A stretch of DNA of 64,000 nt. Origin: Acidimicrobiales bacterium. GTDB lineage: Bacteria > Actinomycetota > Acidimicrobiia > Acidimicrobiales > RAAP-2. The stretch lies in contig DASZMN010000072.1 of assembly GCA_035551835.1 (NCBI GenBank), forward strand, positions 8,573 through 72,572, read 5' to 3'. The position numbers and the translations under genes are program-made. Shown here in pieces: positions 1 to 9,738 of this stretch; position 1 is the first letter of the stretch, and every line of letters starts with the position of its first letter. The notes beneath the pieces were generated by a model, which did no database searches, was not told where the DNA came from, and was given only the letters and a program-made list of their open reading frames with translations.

Positions 1-1208
1 TCGACCGTGGTGATTCGCTCGTCATGTACTCCGACGGACTGATCGAGCGCCGCGGTGAGCTGATCACTCACGGAATGGAACGACTCGGCACCGCGGCAAC
101 TGTGATTGCTGGGTCGGGCTGGCCGGAAAACGCGGCCGTGGCTTTCGCGTCCATGCTGGGCAACGAGGAACGCACCGACGACGTGGTGGTGCTGTGCATC
201 AATTACTCCGGGCTCACCGAACAAGGCTTAACCCCCCAGCCTGTGGGTACGTCACGGGATGGCATGGCAACGCTGCACCTCGAACCGGTCGTAGAGAGCA
301 CGCCGGTGGCCCGTCACTGGGTCGCCGCGCACCTGCGCGACCTTCCGGACGAAGTCTCGAGTTGCGCTGCCCTCCTGACCTCCGAGCTCGTGACGAACGG
401 GGTGCTCCATGCCGACACATCAATGTGCGTCACGCTGCACATCCTGCCCGATCGGATACGGGTTGACGTTGCCGACGGCAGCCCGTCGTTCCCTTCAATT
501 AAGGAATACGGTCGCGACGCCGCCACGGGCCGCGGGCTCACGTTGTTCAACACGCTTGCCTCTGATTGGGGCGTCCAGGCCGTCGACGGCGGCAAGATCG
601 TCTGGTTCGAGCTTCCGGTCGATTTCCCGGTGACTCCGATCAACATCTCCGACGGAAGCTTCCGCTTCGACCTCATGGGCCTGACACACCCCGAGCTTCA
701 CGGCGAACAACCTGCATCACCCCTTGTGCACGTGCGACTGCTCGGCATCCCGGTCGCGCTCCTCCAGAAGGCGAGCGAGCAGTATGAGGCCCTGTTCCGC
801 GAGCTCCGGCTCATGAAGGAACGGTCCGGGAGCATCCCCGGCGCGGCCAACCTTCCCGAACGACTCTCCGTTCTCGTCTCGGAGATCGGCACGCGATTCA
901 ACGGGCTGGGTCCAGGAATGGACGAGATGTGGCAGGCGGCGGTCGACAACAAGGTCGAACTGTTCGATTGGACCCTCGACATGCCCCAGTCCGCCGTCGT
1001 GGCCTGCGAGTTCTATGACGCCATGTTGGACGAGGCCGACGAGTTCGGCCTCTCGGCCCGGCTGTTGACGCTCCCGGCGTCACCCACCAGCGTCGCGGTG
1101 CGCCGCTGGTTCCTTTCCGAGCTCATCGGCCAGCTCCACGGCAAGGCGCCTGTCGCGTGGTCCGAGAGCCGGTTCCACACCGCCGTGCAGACAACGGCCG
1201 TTCCCTGA
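1..1208 (+). CDS. SpoIIE/PP2C-type phosphatase C-terminus fused to an HATPase_c (RsbW/anti-sigma kinase-like) domain; the 5' end lies outside the window
   Basis: Frame 3 is open from the window edge. GDSLVMYSDGLIERR matches the SpoIIE GDxLxLYTDGLxE motif. LTSELVTNGVLHA...GRGLTLF looks like a GHKL ATP-binding fold. Stop at 1206-1208. Confidence 0.7.
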   Translation, partial: DRGDSLVMYSDGLIERRGELITHGMERLGTAATVIAGSGWPENAAVAFASMLGNEERTDDVVVLCINYSGLTEQGLTPQPVGTSRDGMATLHLEPVVESTPVARHWVAAHLRDLPDEVSSCAALLTSELVTNGVLHADTSMCVTLHILPDRIRVDVADGSPSFPSIKEYGRDAATGRGLTLFNTLASDWGVQAVDGGKIVWFELPVDFPVTPINISDGSFRFDLMGLTHPELHGEQPASPLVHVRLLGIPVALLQKASEQYEALFRELRLMKERSGSIPGAANLPERLSVLVSEIGTRFNGLGPGMDEMWQAAVDNKVELFDWTLDMPQSAVVACEFYDAMLDEADEFGLSARLLTLPASPTSVAVRRWFLSELIGQLHGKAPVAWSESRFHTAVQTTAVP

Positions 1209-1216
1209 ACGGCGGG

Positions 1217-1801
1217 TCAGCGGGCCTGCGAGGAGGAGGCCTTTTTCAAGACCTTCGCGTAGTGCTCGAGCCCCTCGGTCGAAAGTCCGGCGGAGGGGCC
1301 GCTCGCAATCGAGACTCGCTCGGGAATGATCCCCCAGACCGGCACCTTGAGCTCGTTCCACCACTCGACCGTTGCGTCCAGGTCTTTCGTGCCAAGCCGG
1401 GCGGAACAGATGACGACGCCGGCGGCGACGTCGCGCGGAGTCATGGCAAGAGTGGTCATCACGCGGTTCGGCTCGACCCCGCCGGCGCGGGTGGGAATGA
1501 CGACCGCGTCCGCTCGCCCGAGGGCCGCCTGCACCACGGTGCCTTCGCCCGGTGGGGTGTCCACCACGACGATGCCATCGTTCAGATTCATCGCCTTGCC
1601 GACCGTCCGCACCGACGGCCCTTCGACCAGCTCGACACCTTCGAGCGGGTCCGCCTCATACCATTCGGCCGTTGAACCCTGAGGGTCGGCGTCGACGAGC
1701 ACGACTGGCCCGCGTCCTCGTAGACCGGCGACGGCGGCCAGGTACACGGCGCTGGTCGTCTTTCCCGCGCCACCCTTGACGTTGCTCACCACGATGTTCA
1801 T
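1217..1801 (-). CDS. ParA/MinD-family P-loop ATPase (orphan ParA-like)
   Basis: MNIVVSNVKGGAGKTTSAVYLA has the deviant Walker A immediately after the ATG at 1801. The ORF can extend to 1858, but that extension has no family logic. DADPQGS motif present. Confidence 0.8.
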   Translation of the reverse strand: MNIVVSNVKGGAGKTTSAVYLAAVAGLRGRGPVVLVDADPQGSTAEWYEADPLEGVELVEGPSVRTVGKAMNLNDGIVVVDTPPGEGTVVQAALGRADAVVIPTRAGGVEPNRVMTTLAMTPRDVAAGVVICSARLGTKDLDATVEWWNELKVPVWGIIPERVSIASGPSAGLSTEGLEHYAKVLKKASSSQAR

Positions 1802-1865
1802 TGGATTCTGGTCCTTCACCCTCGGGAATTCGGCCCTTACGGTATCGGCCACCCGCACCTGGGTG

Positions 1866-2714
1866 TCACGGAAGCAGGAGCTTGCCCAGGCGCCGTCGGG
1901 TGACGATGACCCCGCCGACCGCCATCGCGACCAGATAGGCGATGTGGCCGAGCAGCGTCCAGCTGAAGATCCCCAGGTCGGCGGCGCGCACGAGGACGAC
2001 TCCCTGATAAAGGGGCGTGCACCTGACCACCGCCTGCAGCCACCCTGGGTACACGGTCAGCGGGTAGAAGGTCGCAGAAAAGAGGAAGAGCGGGATGAAC
2101 GCCAAGGAGACCATGTCGAAGTCCTGCCAGGTCCGCATGTAGGTCGTCCCGGCCATCCCCGCCGCCGCGAAGGCCAGGCTGATCAGGACGGCGGCTGGCC
2201 AACACAGAACCGCCCACGGCGAGACGATGTAGCCCAACATCGCCATGATGGCGAGGAATGCGGCGGAGTACAGCGTGCCCCGCAACACGCACCAGCTCAG
2301 CTCCCCGAGCGCCACGTCGTCGACGCCCAGCGGCGTGGACAGCATGGCGTCGTAGGTCTTCGCGATCTTGAGCTTGAAGAACACGAGGAACGTCGAATCG
2401 AGCATGGCGCCGTTCATGGCAGAGGAGGCGAGCAACCCGGGGGCGACGAAGGCGGTGTAGGGCACCATCCGGCCGTCGACGTTGATGGGCCCGACGAGGT
2501 GGGAGAGCCCGACGCCGATGGAGAGGAGGTAGAAGAGCGGCTCGAAGAACCCCGACACGATGAAGATCCAGGAGCGCCGATAGACCAGGATGTTGCGCTC
2601 GAGCACCCGCGAGGCGTGTCGGCCCCCCAGGAGGGCGAGTGGGGTGATCCGCGTGGCCGCGCCCGCAGGCCTGCGGTCGGTGACCGAGCTCGAGTCGGTG
2701 ACGCTCACGGCCAT
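1866..2714 (-). CDS. ABC-2 type transporter permease (DrrB/NodJ-like)
   Basis: 282-aa protein with about 6 hydrophobic segments. It lies 1 nt downstream of a paralogous permease and in the same operon as an ABC ATPase. Confidence 0.8.
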   Translation of the reverse strand: MAVSVTDSSSVTDRRPAGAATRITPLALLGGRHASRVLERNILVYRRSWIFIVSGFFEPLFYLLSIGVGLSHLVGPINVDGRMVPYTAFVAPGLLASSAMNGAMLDSTFLVFFKLKIAKTYDAMLSTPLGVDDVALGELSWCVLRGTLYSAAFLAIMAMLGYIVSPWAVLCWPAAVLISLAFAAAGMAGTTYMRTWQDFDMVSLAFIPLFLFSATFYPLTVYPGWLQAVVRCTPLYQGVVLVRAADLGIFSWTLLGHIAYLVAMAVGGVIVTRRRLGKLLLP

Positions 2715-2715
2715 C

Positions 2716-3564
2716 TCACACCACGAGCCGCCGCGCGAAAGTCCGGCGTCCGGCCAGGTAGCCGACCAGTGCGCAGCCGCTCAGATACGCGACATGTCCG
2801 AGGTCGGCCCACGAGACCTGGCCCAAGGTGAGGTCGCGGCAGAGGGCGACGCCGTGGTACAGCGGCGTCGCGTAGGCCACCGCTTGCAGCCAGGCGGGCA
2901 ACTGCGAGACGGGGAAGAATGTGCCCGAGAACAGGAACATCGGAATGATGGCGAAGCGATACAGGGTGGAGAACGACGAGTCCTTGTCCTGGGTCGCGGC
3001 AAACGCGCTCACCGGCGCTGCGAAGGCAAGACCGGTCAGCAAGGCGGCCGGGAGCGCCGCGATCGCCCAGGGCGAGTAGACGACGCCGAAGGCGGCCATG
3101 ACGGCGAGATAGATCGAAACGACGATGGCGAGCCGGGCCATGATCCACGCCAGGTGTCCGAGCAGGACGTCATACACCTCGAGCGGGGTGGCCAACTGGG
3201 CCAGATATGTCCGCATCCACTTGATCGCGCCCATTACCGGATACGTGGCGTCGTTGGTGCCGATCTGCATGCAGGTGCCAGCGAGGAGACCGGGAGCGAG
3301 GTAGGCCACGTAGGTCACGCCGGCAACGCTGTGTGAGTGCTTGTCGATCAAGGAGCCCAGGGCGATGCCCATGGCAGCGAGATAGAGGACCGGAATCAGG
3401 AAACTGGTGACGACCGAGCTGCGCCAGGTGCGGCGGTACTGGTAGCCCCAGTAACCCGCCGCGCGCAGCCACATGGGTGTCGGGATCCGCCGCCTCGGGA
3501 GCACCTCGCCATGCTGGAAGTACACGGCGCCTCCGGCCGCCGCGCCGTGCGCCGTGGTGGTCAT
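2716..3564 (-). CDS. ABC-2 type transporter permease (DrrB/NodJ-like), paralog of the downstream gene
   Basis: 282-aa multi-TM protein, 5 nt downstream of the ATPase gene. Confidence 0.8.
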   Translation of the reverse strand: MTTTAHGAAAGGAVYFQHGEVLPRRRIPTPMWLRAAGYWGYQYRRTWRSSVVTSFLIPVLYLAAMGIALGSLIDKHSHSVAGVTYVAYLAPGLLAGTCMQIGTNDATYPVMGAIKWMRTYLAQLATPLEVYDVLLGHLAWIMARLAIVVSIYLAVMAAFGVVYSPWAIAALPAALLTGLAFAAPVSAFAATQDKDSSFSTLYRFAIIPMFLFSGTFFPVSQLPAWLQAVAYATPLYHGVALCRDLTLGQVSWADLGHVAYLSGCALVGYLAGRRTFARRLVV

Positions 3565-3569
3565 TCGGA

Positions 3570-4586
3570 TCAGTCCACCAGGGTGCGGCCGGTCAAGCGG
3601 AGAAAGACGTCCTCCAGCGTCGACCGACGGACGAGCGTGCTCTGGGCAACGTGGCCCATCCGCGCGACTTCGGCCAGCGCGGCATCACCGTCTTCGGTGT
3701 ACAGAAGGATCCGGTCGGGCAGGACCTCTTGACGATCTGCCAGCGCGGCCAACGACGGTGCGATCGCTTCGTGTTGGCCCGGCGAGAAGCGCAGCTCCAC
3801 GACCTCTTTGGACGAGTAGGCGTCGATCAGTTCTCGCGGGGTGCCTTCCGCAGCAAAGCGTCCTTTGTCCATCACGACGAGTCGGTCGCAGAGCTGCTCC
3901 GCCTCGTCCATGTAGTGCGTCGTGATGATGAGGGTGACCCCCTCCTGCTTGAGCCGGTAGAGGCGGTCCCACAAGAGGTGTCTGGCCTGCGGGTCCAGTC
4001 CGGTGGTGGGCTCGTCGAGGATGAGCAGGTCGGGGTCGGAGATGAGGGCCCGGGCGATGGTGAGCCGGCGCTTCATCCCACCCGACAACGGGTCGACTCT
4101 GTCGTTGGCGCGCTCAGTCAGCTGGGCGAACTCCAGCAGCTGAGCCGCCCGCTCGCGGACGACCTTCTTCGGCATGTCGAAGTAGCGCCCGTAGATCATG
4201 AGGTTGTCGAGGACGGTGAGCTCCAGGTCCAGCGAATCCTCTTGGGGGACGAGCCCCATGCGGGCCCGGATCCTGGATCCGTCGGTCGACGGATCCATTC
4301 CCAGCACGCGCAGGGTCCCGCCGCTGACCGGGCTGATGCACGAGACCATCCGCATCGTCGACGTCTTGCCCGCGCCGTTTGGTCCGAGGAAGCCAAAAGA
4401 CTCTCCCGGCGAGATGGAGAAGTCGACGCCGTCGACCGCCACGAAGTCGCCGAAGCGCTTGACCAGGCCGTGCGCCTCGACCATCGGTGCGCGGGCGGCC
4501 TCGGCCCGCCACGCTCCGGCGGGCGCTCCCGCTCGCTCCCGCTCCGAGTCGGGGACGTCAGTCATCGGCGAGGAATGTGACGCCAT
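3570..4586 (-). CDS. ABC transporter ATP-binding protein (DrrA/NodI-like exporter ATPase)
   Basis: Walker A GPNGAGKTST, signature LSGGMKRR, Walker B LLILDEPTTGLD. The start may be the internal MTDVPD. Confidence 0.9.
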   Translation of the reverse strand: MASHSSPMTDVPDSERERAGAPAGAWRAEAARAPMVEAHGLVKRFGDFVAVDGVDFSISPGESFGFLGPNGAGKTSTMRMVSCISPVSGGTLRVLGMDPSTDGSRIRARMGLVPQEDSLDLELTVLDNLMIYGRYFDMPKKVVRERAAQLLEFAQLTERANDRVDPLSGGMKRRLTIARALISDPDLLILDEPTTGLDPQARHLLWDRLYRLKQEGVTLIITTHYMDEAEQLCDRLVVMDKGRFAAEGTPRELIDAYSSKEVVELRFSPGQHEAIAPSLAALADRQEVLPDRILLYTEDGDAALAEVARMGHVAQSTLVRRSTLEDVFLRLTGRTLVD

Positions 4587-4643
4587 TGTCAGCTAACGAT
4601 ACCGTGCCCACCACGGACCAGGACAGGCGGGGAGGACGTGCAC

Positions 4644-5837
4644 ATGGCCGAGACCGGAAGGAGCAGGAAATTCCCGCAGGGCTTCACCTGGGGCACCGCG
4701 ACGGCGGCCCATCAGGTCGAAGGCGGGAACGTCAACAACGACTGGTGGGCGTTCGAGCACACTTCCGGGTCGGCGTGCACCGAACCATCGGGTGATGCCT
4801 GCGACTCGTGGGCGCGCTGGGAGGAAGACATCGACCTCGTCGCTGGCCTTGGGTTGGACAACTACCGGTTCTCCATCGAGTGGAGCCGGGTCGAGCCGGC
4901 CGACGGCGAGTTCTCCCAGGCGGCACTGGCGCACTACCGCAGGCAGTGCCTCGGCTTGCGGGAGCGCGGCCTCGATCCAGTGGTGACGTTCCACCACTTC
5001 ACGACCCCGCTCTGGCTGACCGGCCAGGGCGGATGGGAGAGCGACGTGACGCTGCAGCGGTTCGCACGCTTCTGCTCCGTGGTGGCAGAGGCACTGGGCG
5101 ACGTCATGACTCGGGCTTGCACGATCAACGAACCGAACATCGTCGCCACCATGGGCTGGCTCGTGGGGATGTTCCCGCCTGGCAAGACCGAAGTCGGGCT
5201 GTCACGACACGTCGCCGAGAACTTCGTCCACGCGCACCGTTTGGCGGTCGACGCCATTCGATCGGCTGCGCCCGGGGTGCCCGTCGGTCTCACGCTGTCG
5301 ATGACGGACTACCAGCTTGCGCCGGGTGGCGAGGAAAAACTCGACGGCATTCGGCACCACGCAGAGGACATTTTCCTCGACGCCACCAAGGGCGACGACT
5401 TCCTGGGCGTGCAGACATACTCCCGTCAGCTCATCGGGCCGAACGGCTGGGCGGGTTACGAAGAGGGCGTGCCCGTCCTCGACATGGGTTACGAGTTCTA
5501 CCCCGCCTCCCTGGGCAACTGCATCCGACGGGCCTGGGAGTACACGGGGGGTTCCGTTCCGTTGCTCGTCACGGAAAACGGCATCGGTACGACTGATGAC
5601 GAGCAGCGCATCGACTACGTACGCCTGGCTCTGTCAGGGGTCCTCGATGCCATCGACGAGGGCATCGACGTGCGGGGCTATACCTATTGGTCGCTGCTCG
5701 ACAATTTCGAGTGGGCTCTCGGCTATCGACCCCGGTTCGGCATCGTCAGCGTCGACCGAGACACCTTCACCAGGACAGCCAAGCCCAGCGCGGCATGGCT
5801 GGCCTCGGTCGCCGCAGCGAATGCCCTCGACGCCTGA
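4644..5837 (+). CDS. GH1 family beta-glucosidase (compact, about 397 aa)
   Basis: FPQGFTWGTATAAHQVEG N-terminus, acid/base TINEPN, nucleophile VTENG. The ATG at 4644 has GGAGGA 7 nt upstream. The GTG at 4638 is too close to the SD. Confidence 0.9.
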   Translation: MAETGRSRKFPQGFTWGTATAAHQVEGGNVNNDWWAFEHTSGSACTEPSGDACDSWARWEEDIDLVAGLGLDNYRFSIEWSRVEPADGEFSQAALAHYRRQCLGLRERGLDPVVTFHHFTTPLWLTGQGGWESDVTLQRFARFCSVVAEALGDVMTRACTINEPNIVATMGWLVGMFPPGKTEVGLSRHVAENFVHAHRLAVDAIRSAAPGVPVGLTLSMTDYQLAPGGEEKLDGIRHHAEDIFLDATKGDDFLGVQTYSRQLIGPNGWAGYEEGVPVLDMGYEFYPASLGNCIRRAWEYTGGSVPLLVTENGIGTTDDEQRIDYVRLALSGVLDAIDEGIDVRGYTYWSLLDNFEWALGYRPRFGIVSVDRDTFTRTAKPSAAWLASVAAANALDA

Positions 5838-5846
5838 CCGAACGCC

Positions 5847-6719
5847 CTAGGACATTGACGCGAGCTCCGCGTTTGCGACGATGGCGTCGGCGACGTCCGC
5901 CCAGAGCGGCTCGGGCAGGTCGTGGCCCATTCCGGGATAGGTGATCAGCTTCGCGTCGGGCACCGCCTCCGCCGTGGCCTGCCCGCCGCTCAGCGTCACG
6001 AGCGGATCTGCCTCACCGTGCAACACCAAGAAAGGCATCGCGACCCCGTGCAGGCCCTCGGTCCGGTCGGGTGACCCCAAAACGGCGGCGAGTTGGCGAG
6101 CGGTACCTTCGGGGCAGTACGACCGGTCGTAGGCGGCGGCCGCCCGGGCGCGGAGCAGTGCCTCGTCGACCGGATACCCGGGCGAGCCGATCACTTTGCT
6201 GCCCGAAACGCTCGCCTCGATCGCCTCCTCTCGACTGGTTGCGATCGGCCGAAGCAACGCGGCGATGGCCTCACCGGTTGGGGCTCCGACCGCGCGGTTC
6301 CCGGTTGTGGACATGATCGAGCAGGCCGAGTGAAATCGGTCCTGATGTTGGATCGCCAACGCCTGGGTGATCATGCCGCCGAGAGAAGCGCCGACCACGT
6401 GGACCTTCGGCAGTCCGAGTTCGGCCAACAGACCGGCCGCGTCGTCCGCCATGTCCTCGATCAGATACCGCGCGGAAGAGGCGTCACCCGTGAAGAGTGC
6501 AGCGATATCCGGGGTGCCCTCGAGCTTCGTGGAAAACCCGGAGTCGCGGTTGTCGAAGCGAATCACGAAGAAGCCTCGTTCGCAAAATGCGTCAACGAAA
6601 CCTTGGGGCCATGTGATGAGTTGGGCCCCCAGTCCCATCACCAAGAGCAGGGGTCGGTCGTTCCTGTCACCCTCGATGAGGTACTCAATGTCGATCCCGT
6701 TGGCCTTGACTTTGGGCAC
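5847..6719 (-). CDS. alpha/beta hydrolase
   Basis: Nucleophile elbow GASLGG (GxSxG) and C-terminal GMGHD His motif. GTG start with AAGGGAG 7 nt upstream. Confidence 0.8.
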   Translation of the reverse strand: MPKVKANGIDIEYLIEGDRNDRPLLLVMGLGAQLITWPQGFVDAFCERGFFVIRFDNRDSGFSTKLEGTPDIAALFTGDASSARYLIEDMADDAAGLLAELGLPKVHVVGASLGGMITQALAIQHQDRFHSACSIMSTTGNRAVGAPTGEAIAALLRPIATSREEAIEASVSGSKVIGSPGYPVDEALLRARAAAAYDRSYCPEGTARQLAAVLGSPDRTEGLHGVAMPFLVLHGEADPLVTLSGGQATAEAVPDAKLITYPGMGHDLPEPLWADVADAIVANAELASMS

Positions 6720-6781
6720 TGCTGGCTCCCTTCGGTGACGATTGCTGCCGATTTCCTACCAGGCCGGGAGCCGTCATCGCT

Positions 6782-7411
6782 CTATGCAGGCGTCGCGGGC
6801 TCGGCCACCGAGGCATCGCGGCCGCGCGCCCGCCGCCAACGAGGGCCCAGCTCCCAGCCCACCAAAAAGACCTCGACCGACCCCATGCAGGCAATGAACA
6901 GCGGAAAGGCCGCGACGTCGAAGGTCCAGTGATCGATCGTGAGGAGCACGATGATCATGCTGATGACCACGCCGACATAGGAGTGGACGGTCTCGGTTTC
7001 GGGATGAGTCCAGCTCTTCATGACGGTCGGCACACCGGCGAGGAAATCGGCGGCGATCGCGGCCGAGATGGCGAGGACGCCGTTGCGTGTGACCAGCCAG
7101 ACAGCTGTGCCGATCACGGACATCGCTCCGCACGCGTAGTCGATTCGCCTGACCTTCCACACCGAGGTCGGGTTGTGAAACGAGGCCACCAAGACGAGAA
7201 CAGGCATGAACCCCACCATGAACGTCGGCAGGGCGCGCAGTCCCACACCCTCGTTCAGCTCCACCGCGGCAGCGAGCAAGGGCGCGATGGCCCAGAGGAG
7301 CCACGTGACCCGGTTGGGCTTCGTCGTCCCTCTGAGGGTGTCCCGCAGATATACGGCTGTACCGAGCGCACCGATTGCGCTCCCGACATACACCCAGTTG
7401 ACGCTGATCAC
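6782..7411 (-). CDS. integral membrane protein of unknown function
   Basis: 209-aa ORF with 6-7 hydrophobic helices and high GC3. No family recognised. Confidence 0.55.
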   Translation of the reverse strand: MISVNWVYVGSAIGALGTAVYLRDTLRGTTKPNRVTWLLWAIAPLLAAAVELNEGVGLRALPTFMVGFMPVLVLVASFHNPTSVWKVRRIDYACGAMSVIGTAVWLVTRNGVLAISAAIAADFLAGVPTVMKSWTHPETETVHSYVGVVISMIIVLLTIDHWTFDVAAFPLFIACMGSVEVFLVGWELGPRWRRARGRDASVAEPATPA

Positions 7412-7551
7412 AGGCGACAGTCTGGTGCGCGTCGAGCCTCCGCGTCATGCCCAGGGTGACGACTCTTTTCCGGGGCCGACCGATAGGTTCTGCGTCAGAG
7501 GGCCGACCGGAGGAGCGCCGGTGACGATGGATCCGAAAGCGAACAACGTGC

Positions 7552-9369
7552 ATGGGTGAGCTCCTCGTCGTTGCCTTCCTGGGTGGCCTCATCACCGGGG
7601 TCTCGCCCTGCATCGTTCCGGTGATCCCCGTGGTGGTCGCCGGAGGTACGTCCACCACCAGCGGGCGGCGCCCGTTCCTCATCATCGGCGGGCTGGTGCT
7701 GAGCTTCAGCCTGACCGTCCTGTTCGCCCAGACGGTGCTCAGCTTCCTGCACCTCCCGCTCAACTTCCTCTTCTGGCTCGGGGTCGCGATGCTGGGAGCG
7801 ATCTCGCTCGGGCTGCTGATCCCCCAACTGGGTGAGCTTCTCGAGCGGCCGTTCGCGCGGCTCGGCTCGACGCGTTACGCCAAGGAGGGCGGCGGGTTCC
7901 TGCTCGGGCTGAGCCTCGGCCCCGTCTTCGTTCCGTGCGCCGGGCCCGTACTGACCGCGATCTCCGTCGCCGCCTCGCACCGCCAAGTCGGAGCTTCGGC
8001 GTTGCTGGTCACGCTCTTCTACGCCATCGGCATCACGCTGCCGCTCTTGATCCTTGCGGTCGTCGCTCAGCGCACCGCGACCAGTTGGAAGGCTCTGCGC
8101 AGTCGCCTGCCGGTCGTACGGCAGGTCGCTGGTGTCGTCCTCGGCATTGCGACGCTGGCGATTGCCTTCAACTGGCTCGGGGCGGTCCAGCGGGACGTCC
8201 CCGGTTACACCACGGCGCTTGAGGACCATATTGAGTCCACCAATTCGGCGTGCACCCAGCTGCGGCAGCTGAGCGGCGAACGTCAGAATCAATTCGCGGC
8301 CGCCAACGCCAAGCTCGAGGGGAAGAAGGCGACCTGCTCGGTCACCGACGCCGGGAACACGCAGAGCGGGCACTTGGCCGCCGGAGGGTCCACCACGTCG
8401 ACGTCGTCACCCACCGCGACGACGTCTCCGCAAAAGCCGACCGTCTTCATGGCGAACAAGACGAACCTGCCCAGCCTTGGCCGAGCACCGAACTTCACCG
8501 GCATCACGGCATGGCTCAACACACCCGGAAATCAGCCTCTTTCGTTGAGTCAGCTTCGGGGCAAGGTCGTGCTCGTCGATTTCTGGACCTACTCGTGCAT
8601 CAACTGCCAGCGCGCGCTTCCGCACGTCGAGGGTTGGTACAAGGACTACCAGAAGGACGGTCTGGTCATCGTCGGGGTGTCGTCACCGGAATTCACCTTT
8701 GAGCACGTGGTGTCCAACGTCAAGAGCGCAGCCGGAAGCCTCGGCATCAATTACCCCGTTGCCGTGGATGACAACCTGGCCACGTGGGATGCCTATAACA
8801 ACGAATACTGGCCGGCCGAATACCTGATCGACCCGACTGGGGTCGTCCGCGCCTACGACTTCGGCGAGGGCGGCTACGGCACCATGGAGAGCAACATCCG
8901 GATGCTCCTGACCGCCAATGGGGTCTCTGACCTTCCTCCGCGGACCGACATCCCCGACAAGACGCCCACGAGCCAAGCCATCACCCCGGAGAGCTATGTC
9001 GGCTACGAGAGGCTCTCCAACGAAGTGGGTACTTCCGTGGTGCAAGACAAGGCGACCGTCTACCACCCGCCGTCGTCAATCCCCTCCAACAGCCTGGCCT
9101 TCGGGGGTACCTGGACCGTTCACAACGAGGAGGCAACCGCGGGCAGCAATGCGACCCTTGGCCTTCAGTTCACCGCCGATACCGTCTATCTCGTCATGAG
9201 TGGCCAAGGAACCGTCGGCGTTTCGGACAACGGGCGACCCGTCACCACCTTGAACATCGGTGGCGTACCAAAGCTCTACACCTTGCTCTCAGGATCCTCA
9301 TTGCAAACCGGGACGCTCACGCTGACCATGTCCCCCGGTGTCGAGGCGTACGACTTCACTTTTGGCTGA
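7552..9369 (+). CDS. dipZ: DipZ-like cytochrome c biogenesis / thiol-disulfide oxidoreductase (CcdA membrane domain + thioredoxin-like domain + C-terminal beta domain)
   Basis: GLITGVSPCIVPVIP (CcdA/DsbD-type Cys) and DFWTYSCINCQRALP (thioredoxin-fold CxxC). The architecture resembles mycobacterial DipZ. Confidence 0.85.
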   Translation: MGELLVVAFLGGLITGVSPCIVPVIPVVVAGGTSTTSGRRPFLIIGGLVLSFSLTVLFAQTVLSFLHLPLNFLFWLGVAMLGAISLGLLIPQLGELLERPFARLGSTRYAKEGGGFLLGLSLGPVFVPCAGPVLTAISVAASHRQVGASALLVTLFYAIGITLPLLILAVVAQRTATSWKALRSRLPVVRQVAGVVLGIATLAIAFNWLGAVQRDVPGYTTALEDHIESTNSACTQLRQLSGERQNQFAAANAKLEGKKATCSVTDAGNTQSGHLAAGGSTTSTSSPTATTSPQKPTVFMANKTNLPSLGRAPNFTGITAWLNTPGNQPLSLSQLRGKVVLVDFWTYSCINCQRALPHVEGWYKDYQKDGLVIVGVSSPEFTFEHVVSNVKSAAGSLGINYPVAVDDNLATWDAYNNEYWPAEYLIDPTGVVRAYDFGEGGYGTMESNIRMLLTANGVSDLPPRTDIPDKTPTSQAITPESYVGYERLSNEVGTSVVQDKATVYHPPSSIPSNSLAFGGTWTVHNEEATAGSNATLGLQFTADTVYLVMSGQGTVGVSDNGRPVTTLNIGGVPKLYTLLSGSSLQTGTLTLTMSPGVEAYDFTFG

Positions 9370-9438
9370 CGCTGCTCACTGGTTCGGCTGACGAAGACCG
9401 GGTATGGACCGCAGACGGCAACAGAGGAGGTAACGACC

Positions 9439-9645
9439 GTGTCAGCGAATGACAAGGCGCAGAACACAGCAGAGGCGGCCCGCGGCAAGGCGAAGGAAGT
9501 CGTTGGCCGCACGATCAGGGACGAAGGCCTCGAGACCGAGGGCAAGGTGGATCAGGTCGTCGGGCACCTGAAGCAGGCGGGCGAGAAGATAAAGGATGCC
9601 CTGAGGAGCGGTTCGACCTCCAAAGACCGCCGCTCCACGCGCTGA
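9439..9645 (+). CDS. CsbD-family stress response protein
   Basis: 68 aa. KAKEVVGRTIRDEGLETEGKVDQVVGHLKQAGEKIKDAL is typical of CsbD. GTG start with GAGGAGG upstream. Confidence 0.8.
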   Translation: MSANDKAQNTAEAARGKAKEVVGRTIRDEGLETEGKVDQVVGHLKQAGEKIKDALRSGSTSKDRRSTR

Positions 9646-9738
9646 CGGCTCGTCCCGCTGGGGCTGCCGTCGGGCCCGCCGATCGGGGCTGCGTCCCGGC
9701 CGGAACGTCGGGCGACCTCGCGTCGTCTCGCGATCAAA

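Noticed and set aside
4638-4643. GTG at 4638 as the start of the GH1 gene, as in the ORF track.
   Set aside because: The SD GGAGGA ends 1-2 nt before this GTG. The ATG at 4644 has proper 7-nt spacing, so the shorter start was preferred. This is a minor point.
7412-7551. Direct repeat GGGCCGACCG x2 (17-nt spacing) in the divergent region upstream of dipZ.
   Set aside because: There are only two 10-bp copies of GC-rich sequence, which is plausibly chance in this composition, and there is no palindromic or promoter context.
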